Source: Acidobacteriota bacterium (GTDB lineage Bacteria > Acidobacteriota > UBA6911). Taken from it: 64,000 nt of DNA. Location of the stretch: assembly GCA_963664705.1 (NCBI GenBank), contig OY761556.1, positions 3,424,001 through 3,488,000 of the forward strand, in the 5' to 3' direction. Below the pieces are notes generated by a model. That model ran no database searches. It saw only the letters and a program-made list of their open reading frames with translations, and had not been told where the DNA came from. Positions 29,506 to 40,329 of this stretch are shown here, in pieces. The translations under genes and the position numbers were made by a program. Every line of letters starts with the position of its first letter. The stretch's first letter is position 1.

Positions 29506-30978
29506 ATGGAATTCGAACCCGTAATTGGACTTGAAGTACATGCGCAATTGCTCACGCGCAGCAAGCTTTTCTGCGGCTGCAGCACTCAGTTTGGTGCGCC
29601 GCCCAATGCCCATACCTGCCCAGTCTGTCTTGCCCTTCCCGGGGCTCTGCCGGTGGTGAACCGGGAGGCCGTAATGATGGCCGTTAAAGCGGCGATCGCT
29701 CTGGGATGCAGGATAAATGAAACCTCGATTTTTGCGCGAAAAAACTATTTCTATCCGGATCTCCCCAAAGGATATCAAATCTCGCAATTTGACCTCCCGT
29801 TGGGAGAGCATGGCGTTGTCACCATATTATCCGGCGAAAGAAATGAAACCGGAAAGGTCGTCAATCGCCAGGAAAAATCCTTCGGCATTACTCGCGTTCA
29901 CATGGAAGACGATGCGGGGAAGTCCATTCACGAAGGACTTCCGGATTCGCGTACCAAATCGTACGTCAACCTAAACCGAACCGGTGTTCCACTAATTGAA
30001 ATCGTAAGCGACCCCGACTTTCGCAGCAGCCAGGAAGCCTACGATTACATGACGCACCTTCGAAAAACTCTGATCTACATTGGAGTGTGCGATGGAAATA
30101 TGGAGGAAGGCAGTCTCCGGTGCGATGCCAACGTATCCCTTCGCCCCAGGGGCGCGGAAAAGCTTGGAACAAAGGTTGAGATAAAAAACCTCAACTCGTT
30201 CCGATTTCTGCAAAGGGCTCTGGAATACGAAATCGAGCGGCAGACGCAGGTTTTGTCCGAAGGCGGCCAGATCGTTCAGGAAACCCGGTTGTGGGATGAA
30301 GCGGAGGAACGCACCTTTACGATGCGAAGCAAGGAGGAAGCCCACGATTATCGGTATTTCCCTGAACCGGATTTGCTGCCACTGAAACTGGATTCGGAGT
30401 GGGTTGCCCAGATTCAAGCTGCGCTCCCGGAGCTCCCCGGCGCAAAGATACAGCGGTTCATGGATGGTTACGGCCTGACGTCAGAGGATGCGCTTTTGCT
30501 GACGTCCTCCCCTGCCATGTCCGAATACTTTGAATCCTGCGCGAAACAGTCGGCGAATGCACGGGCATCGGCGAATTGGGTTATGGGCGATCTTGCCTAC
30601 GCACTGAAAAATGCCGGCAAAGAGATTGATGAGTCCCCCGTCACGGCGGAACAATTGGCAACGCTCATCCGCACCATCGATTCGGGAGAGATATCCGGAA
30701 AGATCGCCAAGACGGTGTTTGAGGAAATGGCTCGTACCGGTGAAGAGCCGACAGCCATTATCAAACGACTGGGGCTGGTACAGGTCAGTGACGAGTCCAG
30801 CCTGAACGTCATCATTGATGGCATCCTGGCGGCCAACTCCAAACAGGTGGAAGAGTACCGGTCGGGCAAAACAAAGGTCCTGGGATTTCTGGTCGGCCAG
30901 GTCATGAAGGAAACAAAGGGGCAGGCCAATCCGCAGGTCTTGAATGAATTGCTGAAAAAGAGGCTTGCCGAAAGCTAA
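29506..30978 (+). CDS. gatB: Asp/Glu-tRNA amidotransferase subunit B
   Basis: [61 protein letters not shown] and GQVMK. Confidence 0.98.
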   Translation: MEFEPVIGLEVHAQLLTRSKLFCGCSTQFGAPPNAHTCPVCLALPGALPVVNREAVMMAVKAAIALGCRINETSIFARKNYFYPDLPKGYQISQFDLPLGEHGVVTILSGERNETGKVVNRQEKSFGITRVHMEDDAGKSIHEGLPDSRTKSYVNLNRTGVPLIEIVSDPDFRSSQEAYDYMTHLRKTLIYIGVCDGNMEEGSLRCDANVSLRPRGAEKLGTKVEIKNLNSFRFLQRALEYEIERQTQVLSEGGQIVQETRLWDEAEERTFTMRSKEEAHDYRYFPEPDLLPLKLDSEWVAQIQAALPELPGAKIQRFMDGYGLTSEDALLLTSSPAMSEYFESCAKQSANARASANWVMGDLAYALKNAGKEIDESPVTAEQLATLIRTIDSGEISGKIAKTVFEEMARTGEEPTAIIKRLGLVQVSDESSLNVIIDGILAANSKQVEEYRSGKTKVLGFLVGQVMKETKGQANPQVLNELLKKRLAES

Positions 30979-31014
30979 GAAAGCTCGAGCTCGCCACCGC
31001 TCTTTCGGAAATGA

Positions 31015-31563
31015 ATGAGTAACTCCGAATCGAGAAAAAAGGCCACTATAAGCCGACGCCAACAGATTGCAGGAAAGGGCCTCTGTTTTGCAAAGGAACA
31101 GGGGCCCGCGCGCTTTATCGCGGATGTAATGCTGGGGCGACTGGCAAAATGGTTGCGAATTTCGGGATTTGACGTTCTCTATTCCAACCATTTCTCCGAT
31201 GATGAACTGGTTCGGATCTCAAACAGCGAAGAGCGCATACTCCTGTCAAGAGACACACGGCTTCTCGTCCGCAAAGCGGTGCGTAGATTCATTTTCCTCG
31301 AAAGTCAGGATCTTCCATCCCAAATTCAACAGGTATTTGCCACGCTGAATCCGGACAAACTGCCTCCCCTTCTGACCAGATGCCTGACCTGTAATGACGC
31401 CCTGCAGGATGTCTCCCCGGAATCGGTGCGCGACATCGTTCCTCCTTTTGTTTTTGAAACTCAGAGAGCATTCAAATCCTGCCCCAGGTGCGGAAAAGTT
31501 TTTTGGGCCGGCACACATCGAGACTCCGTTGTTCAGAATCTGGAAAAATTGACGCGAAAATAG
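31015..31563 (+). CDS. Mut7-C PIN RNase domain protein (DUF82)
   Basis: FIADVMLGRLAKWLR, LSRD, RCLTCN and CPRCGKVFWAGTH. Confidence 0.88.
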   Translation: MSNSESRKKATISRRQQIAGKGLCFAKEQGPARFIADVMLGRLAKWLRISGFDVLYSNHFSDDELVRISNSEERILLSRDTRLLVRKAVRRFIFLESQDLPSQIQQVFATLNPDKLPPLLTRCLTCNDALQDVSPESVRDIVPPFVFETQRAFKSCPRCGKVFWAGTHRDSVVQNLEKLTRK

Positions 31564-31605
31564 AAGATATGCCCTATTATTGGGGATTGCACTCAAGGAG
31601 GATTC

Positions 31606-32172
31606 TTGAAACACACGGTACGATCATTCATTGCCCTTATACTGCTTGCTGCCGCATACACCCCTGCATCGGCTCAGATCAAGGGGTCGGGCCCCAGCGA
31701 TCCGGCGCCGGCCGGCATGGTTATGTCCGGAATCATCGAATGCGGCGAAGGATACACCTCGCATGAGCTATACGACATGAAAATAACCCTGCTCGAGGTC
31801 ATCCGCGGCGAACAGGCCTGGAAACGCCTGCAGGAAGCAAGCAGCACCAATACACCTCCGAAGAGCGGCACCGAGTACCTGCTGGCCCGCATTCGATATG
31901 AATATTTTGCCAGGGGAGTTCCGGGCACCTGCATTCATCCGCTCTCGCCCGATGAATTTACCGCATACTCTCGCAATGGCGAAGATTACAGGAGTGTTTC
32001 GGTTGTAACGCCAAAGCCGGAGCTGCGGAAAGGCCTCAAGTCGGGAGATTCCTTGGAAGGCTGGGTAGCTTTTGCCGTTTCGAAAGAGGATAAAGAGCCT
32101 CTGATGCTTTATTCAGCCGACAGCGGCGGCGCCGTCGAACACGGCGGCGGAAAGTGGTTTTTGCTGAAATAA
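31606..32172 (+). CDS. secreted protein, DUF4352-like Ig fold
   Basis: Signal peptide ending ASA; ITLLEVIRGEQAW and GDSLEGWVAFAV; AGGAGG RBS with TTG start. Confidence 0.65.
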   Translation: MKHTVRSFIALILLAAAYTPASAQIKGSGPSDPAPAGMVMSGIIECGEGYTSHELYDMKITLLEVIRGEQAWKRLQEASSTNTPPKSGTEYLLARIRYEYFARGVPGTCIHPLSPDEFTAYSRNGEDYRSVSVVTPKPELRKGLKSGDSLEGWVAFAVSKEDKEPLMLYSADSGGAVEHGGGKWFLLK

Positions 32173-32182
32173 CCTCGGCTTG

Positions 32183-33202
32183 TTAAAAGCCGCGTGTATC
32201 TGCGCTCCTGGTAAGTGCATCCATCTTCTGCGTCAGGTCTCGCCAGAATCGCGCCGTGTCAATCTCGGTAAGCCATTTGATTCGGCGACCGGTCTGCGGA
32301 TGTTGAAAAGTCAGATCCGGCCGCAACTTCGGCCGAGGAACATCCTTGCCGCGCGCCATACCCAGGGCGTAGGCAACGACGGCTTCATCCCACACGACCC
32401 AGGTTTCGGGCGCTACATATTTGGCAACAGTTTCCGGCTGGGTAGTCATGAAGTCATCCAGGATGGAATAAAGGTACTTGCCGATTGGGCCATGGGGCCC
32501 TATCAATGCAAAAGCATCCTTTCGTGTGAGCCGGAGGCAGCGCGATGTCAACGCGCTGCTGCCCACAGCAATCGGCACGTCGGAATCAAGGATGATCTGC
32601 CATGCCAGTGGATCATTCTTGACGTTAAAAACATCCCCTCCGCCAGGCCAGTCGTCAAAACCCATTGCGATCACGGTTACCCTCTGAACGATTGAGGGAT
32701 CTTTGAGAATTGCAGCCGCAACATCGGTCCCAGCCCCGGTCAGAAAAACCGTAAGGGGGTTTGCTTTCGTAAATCCCGATGAAAGACGTATCAGACCTTC
32801 AGCGGCCGCATTGCCTTGGACCATTGCAGGCTTCTTCAAAGGAATCGGCGAACCGGCAATGACCGGAATTCGCTTCGCTGATCGAGCCGGAAATACATGC
32901 GCGATAACTTCAGCGGCTTTCCTTGCGCTGGTTGCCGGAGAAAATCCTACGGAGGACGCATGACTTGCCAAGACAGCCTTCAGTTCAATCTCCGGGCTCA
33001 GCAGCATGTGCGTCAGCGCCCATTGATCATCGATTTCCACGCCACAATCCGTCGACAAAACCGCCGGGATCGCCTTCGCCTGAATCCGTTTTGAAATTTC
33101 CGCTGCGGAACATTCCGCGGCGAGCAGGGGCAACAAGATCACTAAGAGGAACACCTGGTAGACAAAAGTAATACCGGACTGGCTTTTTCCCGCCATTTGC
33201 AC
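32183..33202 (-). CDS. nucleoside hydrolase (IU-NH) family protein, probably exported
   Basis: STDCGVEIDDQWAL, FNVKNDP and VVWDE motifs; hydrophobic N-terminal segment. Confidence 0.75.
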   Translation of the reverse strand: MQMAGKSQSGITFVYQVFLLVILLPLLAAECSAAEISKRIQAKAIPAVLSTDCGVEIDDQWALTHMLLSPEIELKAVLASHASSVGFSPATSARKAAEVIAHVFPARSAKRIPVIAGSPIPLKKPAMVQGNAAAEGLIRLSSGFTKANPLTVFLTGAGTDVAAAILKDPSIVQRVTVIAMGFDDWPGGGDVFNVKNDPLAWQIILDSDVPIAVGSSALTSRCLRLTRKDAFALIGPHGPIGKYLYSILDDFMTTQPETVAKYVAPETWVVWDEAVVAYALGMARGKDVPRPKLRPDLTFQHPQTGRRIKWLTEIDTARFWRDLTQKMDALTRSADTRGF

Positions 33203-33205
33203 CCC

Positions 33206-35341
33206 TTATGACTGTCCAGCGCATTGTAGTTTTGCGGCTTCTCTTTCCAATACGTCCGTTCCCTTTTCCGCAAGTTCGAGTCTGCGATTCTTCGCAGGAC
33301 ATAGCCGCAGATAGCCCTTCGCCCACATCGCCAGAACATCTCCAAGTATGGCGTCATACTCCCGGTTGCGCTCGGCACCATACTGTTTCAGGGTTCTGAA
33401 ACCATGCGTACTCTTATTCAACCTGCCGCGAAGAATGTTCACGGCATTGGAGGGAGCAATCGGAGCCTCCGCCTGTGCATATAGCTGGAGAATGGCAATT
33501 CCCGTCTTTCGCGCTACCTCCCGATTGGAAAGCTCGCCCATCGTAAAAAATCTGTTTTCGGTCTGCCATAAAATGATCTCCGGCGCCGAGCCCGCACTTG
33601 CTTTTATGTTGGCCGCAGGAGAATCCATCGCCGAAACTCTGGTCACCTTCAATTGCCCAGGAACAGCATCCGGATTACTCCCAAGGACCTTGAAAGCCAG
33701 GGATTCCAGCTTGGAAACAGGCATACCTCGGAAAGCGCCATAGCCGGGAAAGTCGGCCCATACCGAACCAATTCGTTTGTCGCGACCGGCGAGGAAGGAG
33801 GCAAATTGTCTCGGCGATATCTTCCGATCTTTTCGATCGAACAGTTTTCGATTTAAAGCATAGATCCGGGCAATTTCATCATCGATAGCCGCCAAGCTCT
33901 CCTCCGAGGGCTGGCCGGCACAGGCTGAACAATTGCCACAACGATATTCCCGATGAGGGTTTTCTCCGAAATAGCGCAGGATGTGACTGCGATGACAGGC
34001 CGCGTCTTCACAATATCCAATCACTTCGTCCAGGCGTCTGTAATCCGCCCTTTTGCGGTTGTAGAGCGAAGCAAAGGAAACCGGGCTCATCCGCGCATCC
34101 GTACTGCGCCGCAATAATCCCTCTTCATCGCGCCAGACTCGCTTCTGCTCTGCAAGAAGCCAGAGCGCGACATTCAACTGTTCATCACTCAGATCCGCCA
34201 CGGACCGGACGCCGTCTGGAGTCGTTCCTTCCGGGGAAATCAGCGCGAGCACCTGCATCACCTGTTCCGGCGACGGATAACGGTTTTTGATAAAAAAATG
34301 CGATAGCGAAACATCCCGATCGCTGTAAAGCATAATGCAGCGCGCAGGATTTCCATCCCTCCCGGCACGACCGGCTTCCTGGTAATACGATTCCAGCGAT
34401 GACGGGTGCTGGAAGTGGATAACGGTTCGCACATTCGGCTTGTCAATTCCCATCCCGAATGCCACGGTGGCAACCGCCACAGGGTTTTCGCCGGAAAGCC
34501 ACCGGTCCTGAGCCCGATGCCGCGCATCCGCCCTCATTCCGGCATGATAAGCGACAGCTTTAAACCCATCGCCATTCAGATCCTCCGTGATGGCTTCCGC
34601 ATCCTTCCGGCGGCCCACATAGACAATATGGGAGGCGCTTCTGTCGGCCATTTTCAAGATGCGCCGAAGACGCCTCATTTTTTCCTTTGATTCGCAGCGG
34701 TGAACTTCAAAACGGAGATTCGGCCTGTCAAACGGAGCCACAAAAAGCAACGGATCCTGAAGCATTAGCCTGGATATAATTTCCTTACGCGTCGCAGGCG
34801 TCGCCGTAGCAGTCAGCGCCAATACCGGAGCGGGCCGAAGCGCTTCTACCATACTGGCCAGGGACAGATAGGAAGGTCGGAAATCATATCCCCACTGGTT
34901 TACACAATGGGCCTCATCCACAACAAAAAGTCCCGGCTTCAGCGCGAGAATCCTCTCTCGAAAACCGGAGTATTCAAACCGTTCGGGAGCCACGTAGATC
35001 AAACAGGCTTTCCCGCTGGAAGCCTGGGCGAGAGACTCGCGGACCTGATGACCGGACAGATTGGAGTGAATGGCCACAGCCAGCCCGCGGTTTTTGCGAT
35101 TAAACGCATCCACCTGATCCTTTATCAGTGCAATCAGGGGCGAAACCACGAGCGTGATTCCGGGTAAAATCGTGGCCGGCAGCTGGTAGGTCAGGGATTT
35201 CCCGCCCCCGGTGGGCATCACCCCCAAGGCATCCCGCCTCGACAAGGCTGCCTGCATCAGTTCCTGCTGCCCGGGAAGAAATGCTTCAAACCCGAACCTT
35301 TCTCGCAAAACTGGTCCCAATTGCGGTAAGGTCGTATCCAT
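33206..35341 (-). CDS. recQ: RecQ-family ATP-dependent DNA helicase
   Basis: [51 protein letters not shown] and a Zn motif C..R...YFG...CGNC. Start placed at MDTTL (35341). Confidence 0.92.
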   Translation of the reverse strand: MDTTLPQLGPVLRERFGFEAFLPGQQELMQAALSRRDALGVMPTGGGKSLTYQLPATILPGITLVVSPLIALIKDQVDAFNRKNRGLAVAIHSNLSGHQVRESLAQASSGKACLIYVAPERFEYSGFRERILALKPGLFVVDEAHCVNQWGYDFRPSYLSLASMVEALRPAPVLALTATATPATRKEIISRLMLQDPLLFVAPFDRPNLRFEVHRCESKEKMRRLRRILKMADRSASHIVYVGRRKDAEAITEDLNGDGFKAVAYHAGMRADARHRAQDRWLSGENPVAVATVAFGMGIDKPNVRTVIHFQHPSSLESYYQEAGRAGRDGNPARCIMLYSDRDVSLSHFFIKNRYPSPEQVMQVLALISPEGTTPDGVRSVADLSDEQLNVALWLLAEQKRVWRDEEGLLRRSTDARMSPVSFASLYNRKRADYRRLDEVIGYCEDAACHRSHILRYFGENPHREYRCGNCSACAGQPSEESLAAIDDEIARIYALNRKLFDRKDRKISPRQFASFLAGRDKRIGSVWADFPGYGAFRGMPVSKLESLAFKVLGSNPDAVPGQLKVTRVSAMDSPAANIKASAGSAPEIILWQTENRFFTMGELSNREVARKTGIAILQLYAQAEAPIAPSNAVNILRGRLNKSTHGFRTLKQYGAERNREYDAILGDVLAMWAKGYLRLCPAKNRRLELAEKGTDVLEREAAKLQCAGQS

Positions 35342-35498
35342 GGCTGCTGAATTGTAGCAAGCCTTCTCGCATAATACTTTATAATTTAGAGTTTGGATCA
35401 GACCGCAATGCGGTGACGCGAGGCCGCATCCATGAGCCGCAGGCGCCCGCCAGCGGCGGACCGGATGCACATCGGACAGGAGAATCACAATAGCGCGC

Positions 35499-37670
35499 AT
35501 GCTGACACAACTTCAAAAGGACAAGGCACTGCAGTTTGTACGCTCCCTCAAAGCCAGCAGCTTTACTTTCCGGGATTTGGTTCGCGTACTGGATCTCGAA
35601 AGTGACGAGCGCCGAAGTCTGCAGCGGTACCTGGACGATCTGGATGCCGATGGAATCATTCACCGCATCAAACGCGGCCGCTATTCGCTTCCGGCCAGGG
35701 AAAACCTGGTTGCCGGCACATTGAGCTGTCATCGCGATGGATACGGTTTTTTGATCCCCGATGACCGGAGCGTCCATAAGGAGGACATCTTCATCCCGGC
35801 GAGGAACATGGAGGATGCGCTGCATGAAGATCGCGTCCTGGTAAAGGTGGCCACCAAAAAGAAACCAATCCGGAGAAACTCCCGCGGACGCCGTATCGAT
35901 CGGAGTGAAGAAAAAGAGAGATTGGAGGGCACTGTCGTCAGAGTGCTGGAACGGAAGCACCCGACGATCGTCGGGCGCTATTATGCGCACCCGCGCTTCC
36001 CCTTTGTCGTTCCAATCGATTCGCGGCTGTTTCACGAGATCCGAATTCCAATGCAAAGCATAAAAGGAGCCGAGGATGGTCAGATTGTCGTGGTGGAAAT
36101 CACCCTGACAACCGGCAGGAATCAGACCGGCCGCATCATTGAGGTATTGGGGTACCCGGATGATCCGGAGATCGAATACAAAATCGTTGTGCATAAGTTC
36201 GGGCTGCCGGTCGACTTCACGCCCGAAGCCATCCGCGCATCAGAGGAAATGCCGAATCGCGTTACGGATGCGGAATATGTGGAACGGGAAGACTTCCGCA
36301 ACGAAATTGTAGTAACCATCGATGGCGAAACGGCCCGGGACTTTGATGATGCGGTGGGCCTCAAGAAGCTCGAATCAGGAAATTATCTTCTCTCTGTGCA
36401 TATCGCCGACGTATCCCATTATGTTCAAGAAGGGACCGCAATTGATTCTGATGCTTACGCGCGGGGAACCTCTGTGTATTTCCCGGACCGATCCATTCCA
36501 ATGCTGCCACCGCTGCTGTCCAGCGGGATCTGCAGCCTGAAGCCGGGCGTGGACCGGCTGGTTTTTTCCGCTCTGTTGGAGGTTGACCCCAAGGGCCGGG
36601 TGATCAGGCAGCGCTTTGTGAATGGCGTGATTCGCAGCCGGGAAAGGATGACCTACACCTCCGTTGCCAAAATCCTCATAGACCGTGATCCTGGCGAGAT
36701 GGCCCGCTATTCGGAATTGATCCCTTTATTTGAAATGATGGAGGAATTGTGCCGGATTCTATCGAAAAAAAGATATCGGAGAGGCTCCATTGACTTTGAT
36801 TTGCCGGAAGCGGATATCGAATTCGGTGACAACGGAAAAGTCCTGCGGATTGTCCCTGCCGACCACAATGTTGCACACCGGATCATTGAGGAATTCATGC
36901 TTCTGGCAAACGAATGCGTGGCGGGCAAACTGGCCGCCTCCGGCGGTCCCGCTTTATATCGCATCCATGAGAAACCCGATTCGGGAAAGGTCGATGAATT
37001 CGCGGAGTTCGCGCTGGCACTCGGATACAGGCTTGAGAAACAGGATGGAGAGTACAAGCCCAGAAATTTCCAGAAATTTATCGCACAGCTCGAAGGCAAG
37101 CAGGAACAACGGTTTCTTGCTTACCTGATGCTGCGTTCATTTATGCAGGCGCGCTACTCCGAAACGAACGTGGGGCATTTTGGTCTGGCAACGGCAGAGT
37201 ATACGCATTTCACCTCTCCGATCCGACGCTATCCGGACTTAATGGTCCATCGCTTCCTGAAGGCGGCCTTGGGAGAACACCGTCCTTCCGGCTGGAGCGA
37301 ACATATGAAGACGCAACTCCCCGAAATCGCCATCCATACGTCTACCCGTGAACGTGTTGCCAACGAAGCGGAACGCGAAATCGAGAAAATCAAGAAAGTG
37401 CAATTTATGGCCGACAAAATCGGCGAGGCATTTGAGGCTACGGTTCTTTCGGCAAACCGGCAGGGCTTTTTTGTGGAATTGCTGGATCATTATGTAGAAG
37501 GTTTTGTACCTGCAGGTACCCTGATAGACGACTATTACGAATACAAAGAAAAGACCCACTCGTTTGTAGGGGAACGAAGGAAGCGGCGTTTTCAATTGGG
37601 ATCCAAGGTTCGTGTGCGCCTGGATAATGCGGACAGAGAGACTGCGCGGCTTACCTTCTCCGTTGTTTAG
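35499..37670 (+). CDS. rnr: ribonuclease R
   Basis: N-terminal HTH and CSD GYGF; [13 protein letters not shown]; [12 protein letters not shown]; C-terminal S1 domain. Confidence 0.95.
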   Translation: MLTQLQKDKALQFVRSLKASSFTFRDLVRVLDLESDERRSLQRYLDDLDADGIIHRIKRGRYSLPARENLVAGTLSCHRDGYGFLIPDDRSVHKEDIFIPARNMEDALHEDRVLVKVATKKKPIRRNSRGRRIDRSEEKERLEGTVVRVLERKHPTIVGRYYAHPRFPFVVPIDSRLFHEIRIPMQSIKGAEDGQIVVVEITLTTGRNQTGRIIEVLGYPDDPEIEYKIVVHKFGLPVDFTPEAIRASEEMPNRVTDAEYVEREDFRNEIVVTIDGETARDFDDAVGLKKLESGNYLLSVHIADVSHYVQEGTAIDSDAYARGTSVYFPDRSIPMLPPLLSSGICSLKPGVDRLVFSALLEVDPKGRVIRQRFVNGVIRSRERMTYTSVAKILIDRDPGEMARYSELIPLFEMMEELCRILSKKRYRRGSIDFDLPEADIEFGDNGKVLRIVPADHNVAHRIIEEFMLLANECVAGKLAASGGPALYRIHEKPDSGKVDEFAEFALALGYRLEKQDGEYKPRNFQKFIAQLEGKQEQRFLAYLMLRSFMQARYSETNVGHFGLATAEYTHFTSPIRRYPDLMVHRFLKAALGEHRPSGWSEHMKTQLPEIAIHTSTRERVANEAEREIEKIKKVQFMADKIGEAFEATVLSANRQGFFVELLDHYVEGFVPAGTLIDDYYEYKEKTHSFVGERRKRRFQLGSKVRVRLDNADRETARLTFSVV

Positions 37671-37752
37671 CGCCTGCCCACGAATAACGTATAAATTTAG
37701 CTGCTGGCGCGCGGGCCCGTTGACAAGGACGAAGGTCAACCTCCGGCAAACT

Positions 37753-39159
37753 CTAAGTCTGAAACGCTCGACAGAGGCCTTCCATCAGGGTTCGTTCCTG
37801 CGATGGGAAAATCGTGCGCAGATCTATGAGGAGCTTGTCTTCCTCCACTCGCAGGACGATTGGAGGATCCTGCGCCCGCAGTCTTGATTCCGCAAGGTTG
37901 GGTCTCGTGCGCTCGGATTCAACAGCCACCAGCGTGGTTGGAAGATGGCATTCCGGACAGGAACCCCCTCCGACCACCGAATCGCCGGGAATCAAGGTGA
38001 CGCGTACATCCCGCGGCAGCTGGCTTCTCAGCCTTCGGGAAAAGGCCACCGCCCGCCGGCGCAATTCCTCCTGCGTCATGGCAATCATCCGCACGACCGG
38101 AATCTCCTCCCATGCTCGGCCAAAGCGGTAGCTCTGCAGGGTAGCTTCCAGTGCCCCGTAAATCAGCTTCTCGACCCGATAAGTGCGCATCAGGGGATTC
38201 CGCCGTATTGGATCCACCAGCTTTTTTAAGCCCGCGATAATACCGGCCTGCGGGCCGCCAAGCAACTTGTCGCCACTGAAACAGACAAGATCGACTCCGG
38301 CGGCAATGCTCTCATGTACAAGCGGCTCATCGACAATCCCGTAAGGACGAAGATCGACCAGGCAACCGCTCCCGATATCCTCCACAAGCGGAATCCCCGA
38401 TTTGCGGGACAGTTCCACCATCGCGGGCAGGTCGGGCCTTTCGGTAAAGCCAACCATACGATAGTTGCTTGGATGGACGCGCAGCAGCAATGCCGTGTTG
38501 GGTCCTATTGCCTCGGCGTAATCCTGAATTCGGGACTTGTTTGTGGTCCCCACTTCACGCAGAACGGCCCCGCTGCGCAGCATAATATCGGGAATGCGGA
38601 ACGAGCCGCCGATCTCTACCAGTTCTCCCCGGGACACAATAACCTCTTTCCCCGACGCCAGTGCGTTCAGTATGAGGTAAACCGCAGCCGCATTATTGTT
38701 TACGACTGTGGCGGCTTCGCACTTGAGAACTTCCTGCAGCAGGGATTCAATCAATTTGTCCCGGTGGGATCTCTCTCCGGTCAGAATTTCGTATTCTAGG
38801 TTTGTATAATTTACGGAAAATGCCGATAAACTCTGTTGAGCGGCAGAAGAGAGAGGGGCACGTCCGAGATTGGTATGGAGAACAACGCCAGTTGCATTGA
38901 TAACCGTCCTCAAATTTGGCACAAGACGTTTTTTGAGAGCATCGATAAGGACGGATTCGACTTTTTCCGGGGAGATATCCTCGGCGGAGATATTGTCGTT
39001 GCGGATCAGGCTGCGCACGCCCTCAAGCGCTTTCTGAATTTCCGAGACAACAAATTCGCGGCTGGTGTGCTCGACCCAGGAAGCGATCGCGGGACGCAAA
39101 AGAAGCAGATCCACTGCCGGTATCTGTCTGAAAAGACTCTGCTGGTCGGGTTTTGTCAT
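37753..39159 (-). CDS. selA: L-seryl-tRNA(Sec) selenium transferase
   Basis: VINATGVVLHTNLGRAPL, SRGELVEIGGSFRIP, EVGTTN and FSGDKLLGGPQAG. Confidence 0.96.
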   Translation of the reverse strand: MTKPDQQSLFRQIPAVDLLLLRPAIASWVEHTSREFVVSEIQKALEGVRSLIRNDNISAEDISPEKVESVLIDALKKRLVPNLRTVINATGVVLHTNLGRAPLSSAAQQSLSAFSVNYTNLEYEILTGERSHRDKLIESLLQEVLKCEAATVVNNNAAAVYLILNALASGKEVIVSRGELVEIGGSFRIPDIMLRSGAVLREVGTTNKSRIQDYAEAIGPNTALLLRVHPSNYRMVGFTERPDLPAMVELSRKSGIPLVEDIGSGCLVDLRPYGIVDEPLVHESIAAGVDLVCFSGDKLLGGPQAGIIAGLKKLVDPIRRNPLMRTYRVEKLIYGALEATLQSYRFGRAWEEIPVVRMIAMTQEELRRRAVAFSRRLRSQLPRDVRVTLIPGDSVVGGGSCPECHLPTTLVAVESERTRPNLAESRLRAQDPPIVLRVEEDKLLIDLRTIFPSQERTLMEGLCRAFQT

Positions 39160-39253
39160 GCGGGCATTTCAACACAGCGGCATTGGCCTGTCAATCCCGG
39201 CGACAGGGACGATCTGAGATACCCTTGCCGGCGGTGCGGGGATTAGTGAGACT

Positions 39254-39820
39254 ATGCACGACGAAGACCTGTCAAATCTGGATAATTGGCTTCGGCAACT
39301 GAAGATCGAATACCACGTCTTCTTTTCCGGAAACCGCAAAAAGCCGCCGGATGATCTTAAATTCCGGGTCGAAAAACTGGTAAAAAAACTTTCGGAAAGC
39401 AGCGACCTGACCTTTTCCGAACGGTTTCGCTTCAACACCCTGATCACACGCTATTACGTATACAGGGATCTATGGCGACGAACTCAGCAAGCCAAGGAAA
39501 TGGGAGCAGAGCCCAAGCAGGAATCCAAAGCAGCAACACAATCCGACGCCAAGGCGCGCACTGCGCCGGTCGAAGCGGTCCGCATTTCGATTTCGGATCC
39601 TAAGAGCGAAGAGGAGAAAGTGAAGCTTCTCTATGCCGCACTGCTGCGGATCAAGCGGTCGGAGTCAGGAGAGACACCTATATCCTATGCTCAATTTGCC
39701 AAATATATTTCCACGCAAGCTCGTGGCATCCAGGAGAAATACGGATGCGCGACTGTCGCCTTTACAATCGCAGTCGATGAAGATGCGATTCGATTTACCG
39801 CGACCGCGGATAATCGCTAG
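39254..39820 (+). CDS. MXAN_5187 C-terminal-domain-like protein
   Basis: [26 protein letters not shown]...W and KYGCATVAF resemble this family as recalled. Its TAG stop overlaps the convergent csp stop on the palindrome CTAG. Confidence 0.65.
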   Translation: MHDEDLSNLDNWLRQLKIEYHVFFSGNRKKPPDDLKFRVEKLVKKLSESSDLTFSERFRFNTLITRYYVYRDLWRRTQQAKEMGAEPKQESKAATQSDAKARTAPVEAVRISISDPKSEEEKVKLLYAALLRIKRSESGETPISYAQFAKYISTQARGIQEKYGCATVAFTIAVDEDAIRFTATADNR

Positions 39821-40050
39821 CCGGCAGCTTCGTGCTTTTGAGGTTCCATCCGTACCACATGCTCTGCCTGTGGACCGCGGGGCCCCAGTTTCACATCAAA
39901 TTCTACCTGTTCCCCTTCACGCAGAGTGCGATATCCCTTTTCCTGGATCGAACTGTAATGAACGAAAACATCCGCTCCTGTCGGTTGAGAGATAAAACCG
40001 TATCCCTTTGTGTTGTTAAACCACTTCACTGTGCCCGTAATCTTGCCCAT
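39817..40050 (-). CDS. csp: cold-shock protein (CSD)
   Basis: [22 protein letters not shown] and GPQA; start at MGKITG (40050). Confidence 0.95.
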   Translation of the reverse strand: MGKITGTVKWFNNTKGYGFISQPTGADVFVHYSSIQEKGYRTLREGEQVEFDVKLGPRGPQAEHVVRMEPQKHEAAG

Positions 40051-40173
40051 AAATACATTCCCCTGTAAAAACCTGACGACACCTTTACGCCATCCGTGGC
40101 AGGCGTACACATCAAGCACCGCCCCGAAAGGCAAATCCGGCTATCTAAGACAAAATACTAGAGATTTGGGAGA

Positions 40174-40202
40174 AGCCTATTTTGGATATTTCGATTTGTC
40201 AA
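40174..40202 (-). promoter_or_regulatory. sigma70 promoter of csp
   Basis: Minus-strand TTGACA-N17-TAGGCT. Confidence 0.7.
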
Positions 40203-40329
40203 GCAGAAAAAGAGGCGCCGTCCGACACGAGACAAACGCTCAAATCAAAACAAACCTGAAGCGACTGCTGATTTCCGGAATCGCAATGCGTATACTGTGG
40301 ATTCAACCCACTTACCCGGGAGGTAATGC

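Noticed and set aside
31015-31563. PIN toxin-antitoxin module
   Set aside because: Mut7-C type protein with no adjacent antitoxin-like ORF.
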